From: an uncultured Bifidobacteriaceae bacterium
GTDB taxonomy: Bacteria; Verrucomicrobiota; Verrucomicrobiia; Limisphaerales; UBA11358
Length of the DNA: 64,000 nucleotides
Reading direction: 5' to 3'
Assembly (NCBI GenBank): GCA_964618545.1
Contig: CAZUBG010000004.1
Span: 73 to 64,072 of the forward strand
Shown here: piece after piece, positions 63,194-64,000 of the stretch
How the letters are laid out: the number at the start of each line of letters is the position of its first letter
How positions within the stretch are numbered: position 1 is the stretch's first letter
Program-made: the position numbers and the translations under genes
Notes under the pieces: model-generated
The model's database searches: none
What the model was told of the DNA's origin: nothing
The model's input: the letters and a program-made list of their open reading frames with translations, nothing else

Positions 63194-64000
63194 ATGCCCA
63201 AATCCTTTTGCCAGCGCTGCCATCAGCCGTTTGAGGTGACCGCGCAAATGACCGGGCCGGACATCATCTGCCCGGTTTGCGGAAAAACCACCGCGCTGTC
63301 GTTTGATTTCACACCGTCGGCGCCCAAGCCGAAACTGACCATCCCCCCGCTCGAACAGCCCAAGGCCATCAGCCTGCCGGAGGTGGCCACGGTGGCCCGC
63401 CAGTTGATTGACAACATCGAACGCGTGATTGTGGGCAAACACGCCCAGGTGACCGCCGCCGTGGCGGTCATGATGGCCGAGGGCCACCTGCTGTTGGAGG
63501 ATGTTCCGGGCGTGGCCAAAACCATGCTCGCACGCGCTCTGGCCATCAGCGCGGGCTGCACGTTCAAGCGCATCCAATGCACCCCCGATCTCCAGCCCTC
63601 CGACGTGCTTGGCGAGACTTACACCGACCTGCAAACCGGCCGCACGGAATTCCGGTTCGGCGCCCTCTTTTCCCAAATCGTGCTGGTGGACGAAATCAAC
63701 CGCGCCAGCCCCCGCACCCAGGCGGCCCTGCTGGAGGCGATGGGCGAGGCCATGGTCACCATGGAACGCGTCACCTACCGTTTGCAACGGCCATTCATGG
63801 TGATTGCCACCCAAAATCCCATTGACCAGGAGGGCACCTTCCTGCTGCCGGAAGCGCAAAAGGACCGGTTTCTGGTCCGGTTGAGCCTGGGCTACCCCGA
63901 AGTGGCGGATGAAAAACAGATGATCCAGCGCTTCCAACTGCGGCATCCCATTGACAGCCTTCTGGCCGTCACCAACCCCGACCGCATCACGGAATGCCAG
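63194..64000 (+). CDS. MoxR-family AAA+ ATPase with N-terminal Zn-ribbon (partial, runs off the right edge)
   Basis: Translated by eye from the ATG at 63194. CQRCH...CPVCG is followed by GHLLLEDVPGVAKT (Walker A), IVLVDEINRASP (Walker B) and ATQNPIDQEGTFLLPEAQKDRF. It is not in the ORF track because there is no stop in the window. Confidence 0.85.
   Translation, partial: MPKSFCQRCHQPFEVTAQMTGPDIICPVCGKTTALSFDFTPSAPKPKLTIPPLEQPKAISLPEVATVARQLIDNIERVIVGKHAQVTAAVAVMMAEGHLLLEDVPGVAKTMLARALAISAGCTFKRIQCTPDLQPSDVLGETYTDLQTGRTEFRFGALFSQIVLVDEINRASPRTQAALLEAMGEAMVTMERVTYRLQRPFMVIATQNPIDQEGTFLLPEAQKDRFLVRLSLGYPEVADEKQMIQRFQLRHPIDSLLAVTNPDRITECQ

Overview
This is a high-GC bacterial chromosome segment. 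Gene content and repeat style suggest a PVC-superphylum or Verrucomicrobiota-like organism, but that is inference only. Positions 1-15.0 kb form a minus-strand block that looks like a phage or integrative element. It encodes two giant ORFan structural-type proteins (1253 and 879 aa), a Zn-ribbon plus sigma-70 region-4-like regulator, a P-loop SF3/D5-type helicase, an SPL-like radical SAM enzyme, a small wHTH protein, and a composite primase (CHC2 Zn finger + FtsK-gamma wHTH + Toprim). Every larger intergenic gap in this block is filled with arrays of short modular repeats, all in one orientation: 2-3 tandem 9-mers ending in TTAA, CCGCTTT heptads, and a 28-nt hairpin module. The same modules also sit in frame inside the helicase, primase, radical SAM and small ORFs. 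This is the most unusual signal in the window. From 15.3 kb onward the sequence is ordinary housekeeping chromosome: aspS, a hydrolase, putA, a metallophosphoesterase, gyrB-gyrA, a DUF481-like outer membrane protein, pdxH, and rsmI. Next come an Opp/Dpp-type binding protein plus permeases directly downstream of pgk-tpiA-secG, three tandem REC/histidine-kinase hybrids, engB, rsgA, comEC, a vanZ-like gene, pdxJ, acpS, a REC-HDOD protein, lysC, and leuA. The right end holds two paralogous DUF1573-cytochrome c proteins, bioB, hpnJ-hpnH, a lipoprotein, a TPR protein, a decayed ECF-sigma/lipoprotein locus with an A8 frameshift, and a Zn-ribbon MoxR ATPase that runs off the right edge. I saw no rRNA, bona fide tRNA, CRISPR array, transposase or integrase. 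Further oddities: a 161-nt long hairpin with strand-specific G-U pairs after the hydrolase gene; twin palindromic operators upstream of putA; a tRNA-like but non-tRNA fold; a 138-bp element with perfect 22-bp inverted repeats upstream of lysC; and a ComEC whose metallo-beta-lactamase motif looks degenerate. All functional calls rest on motifs read by eye. No database search was possible.
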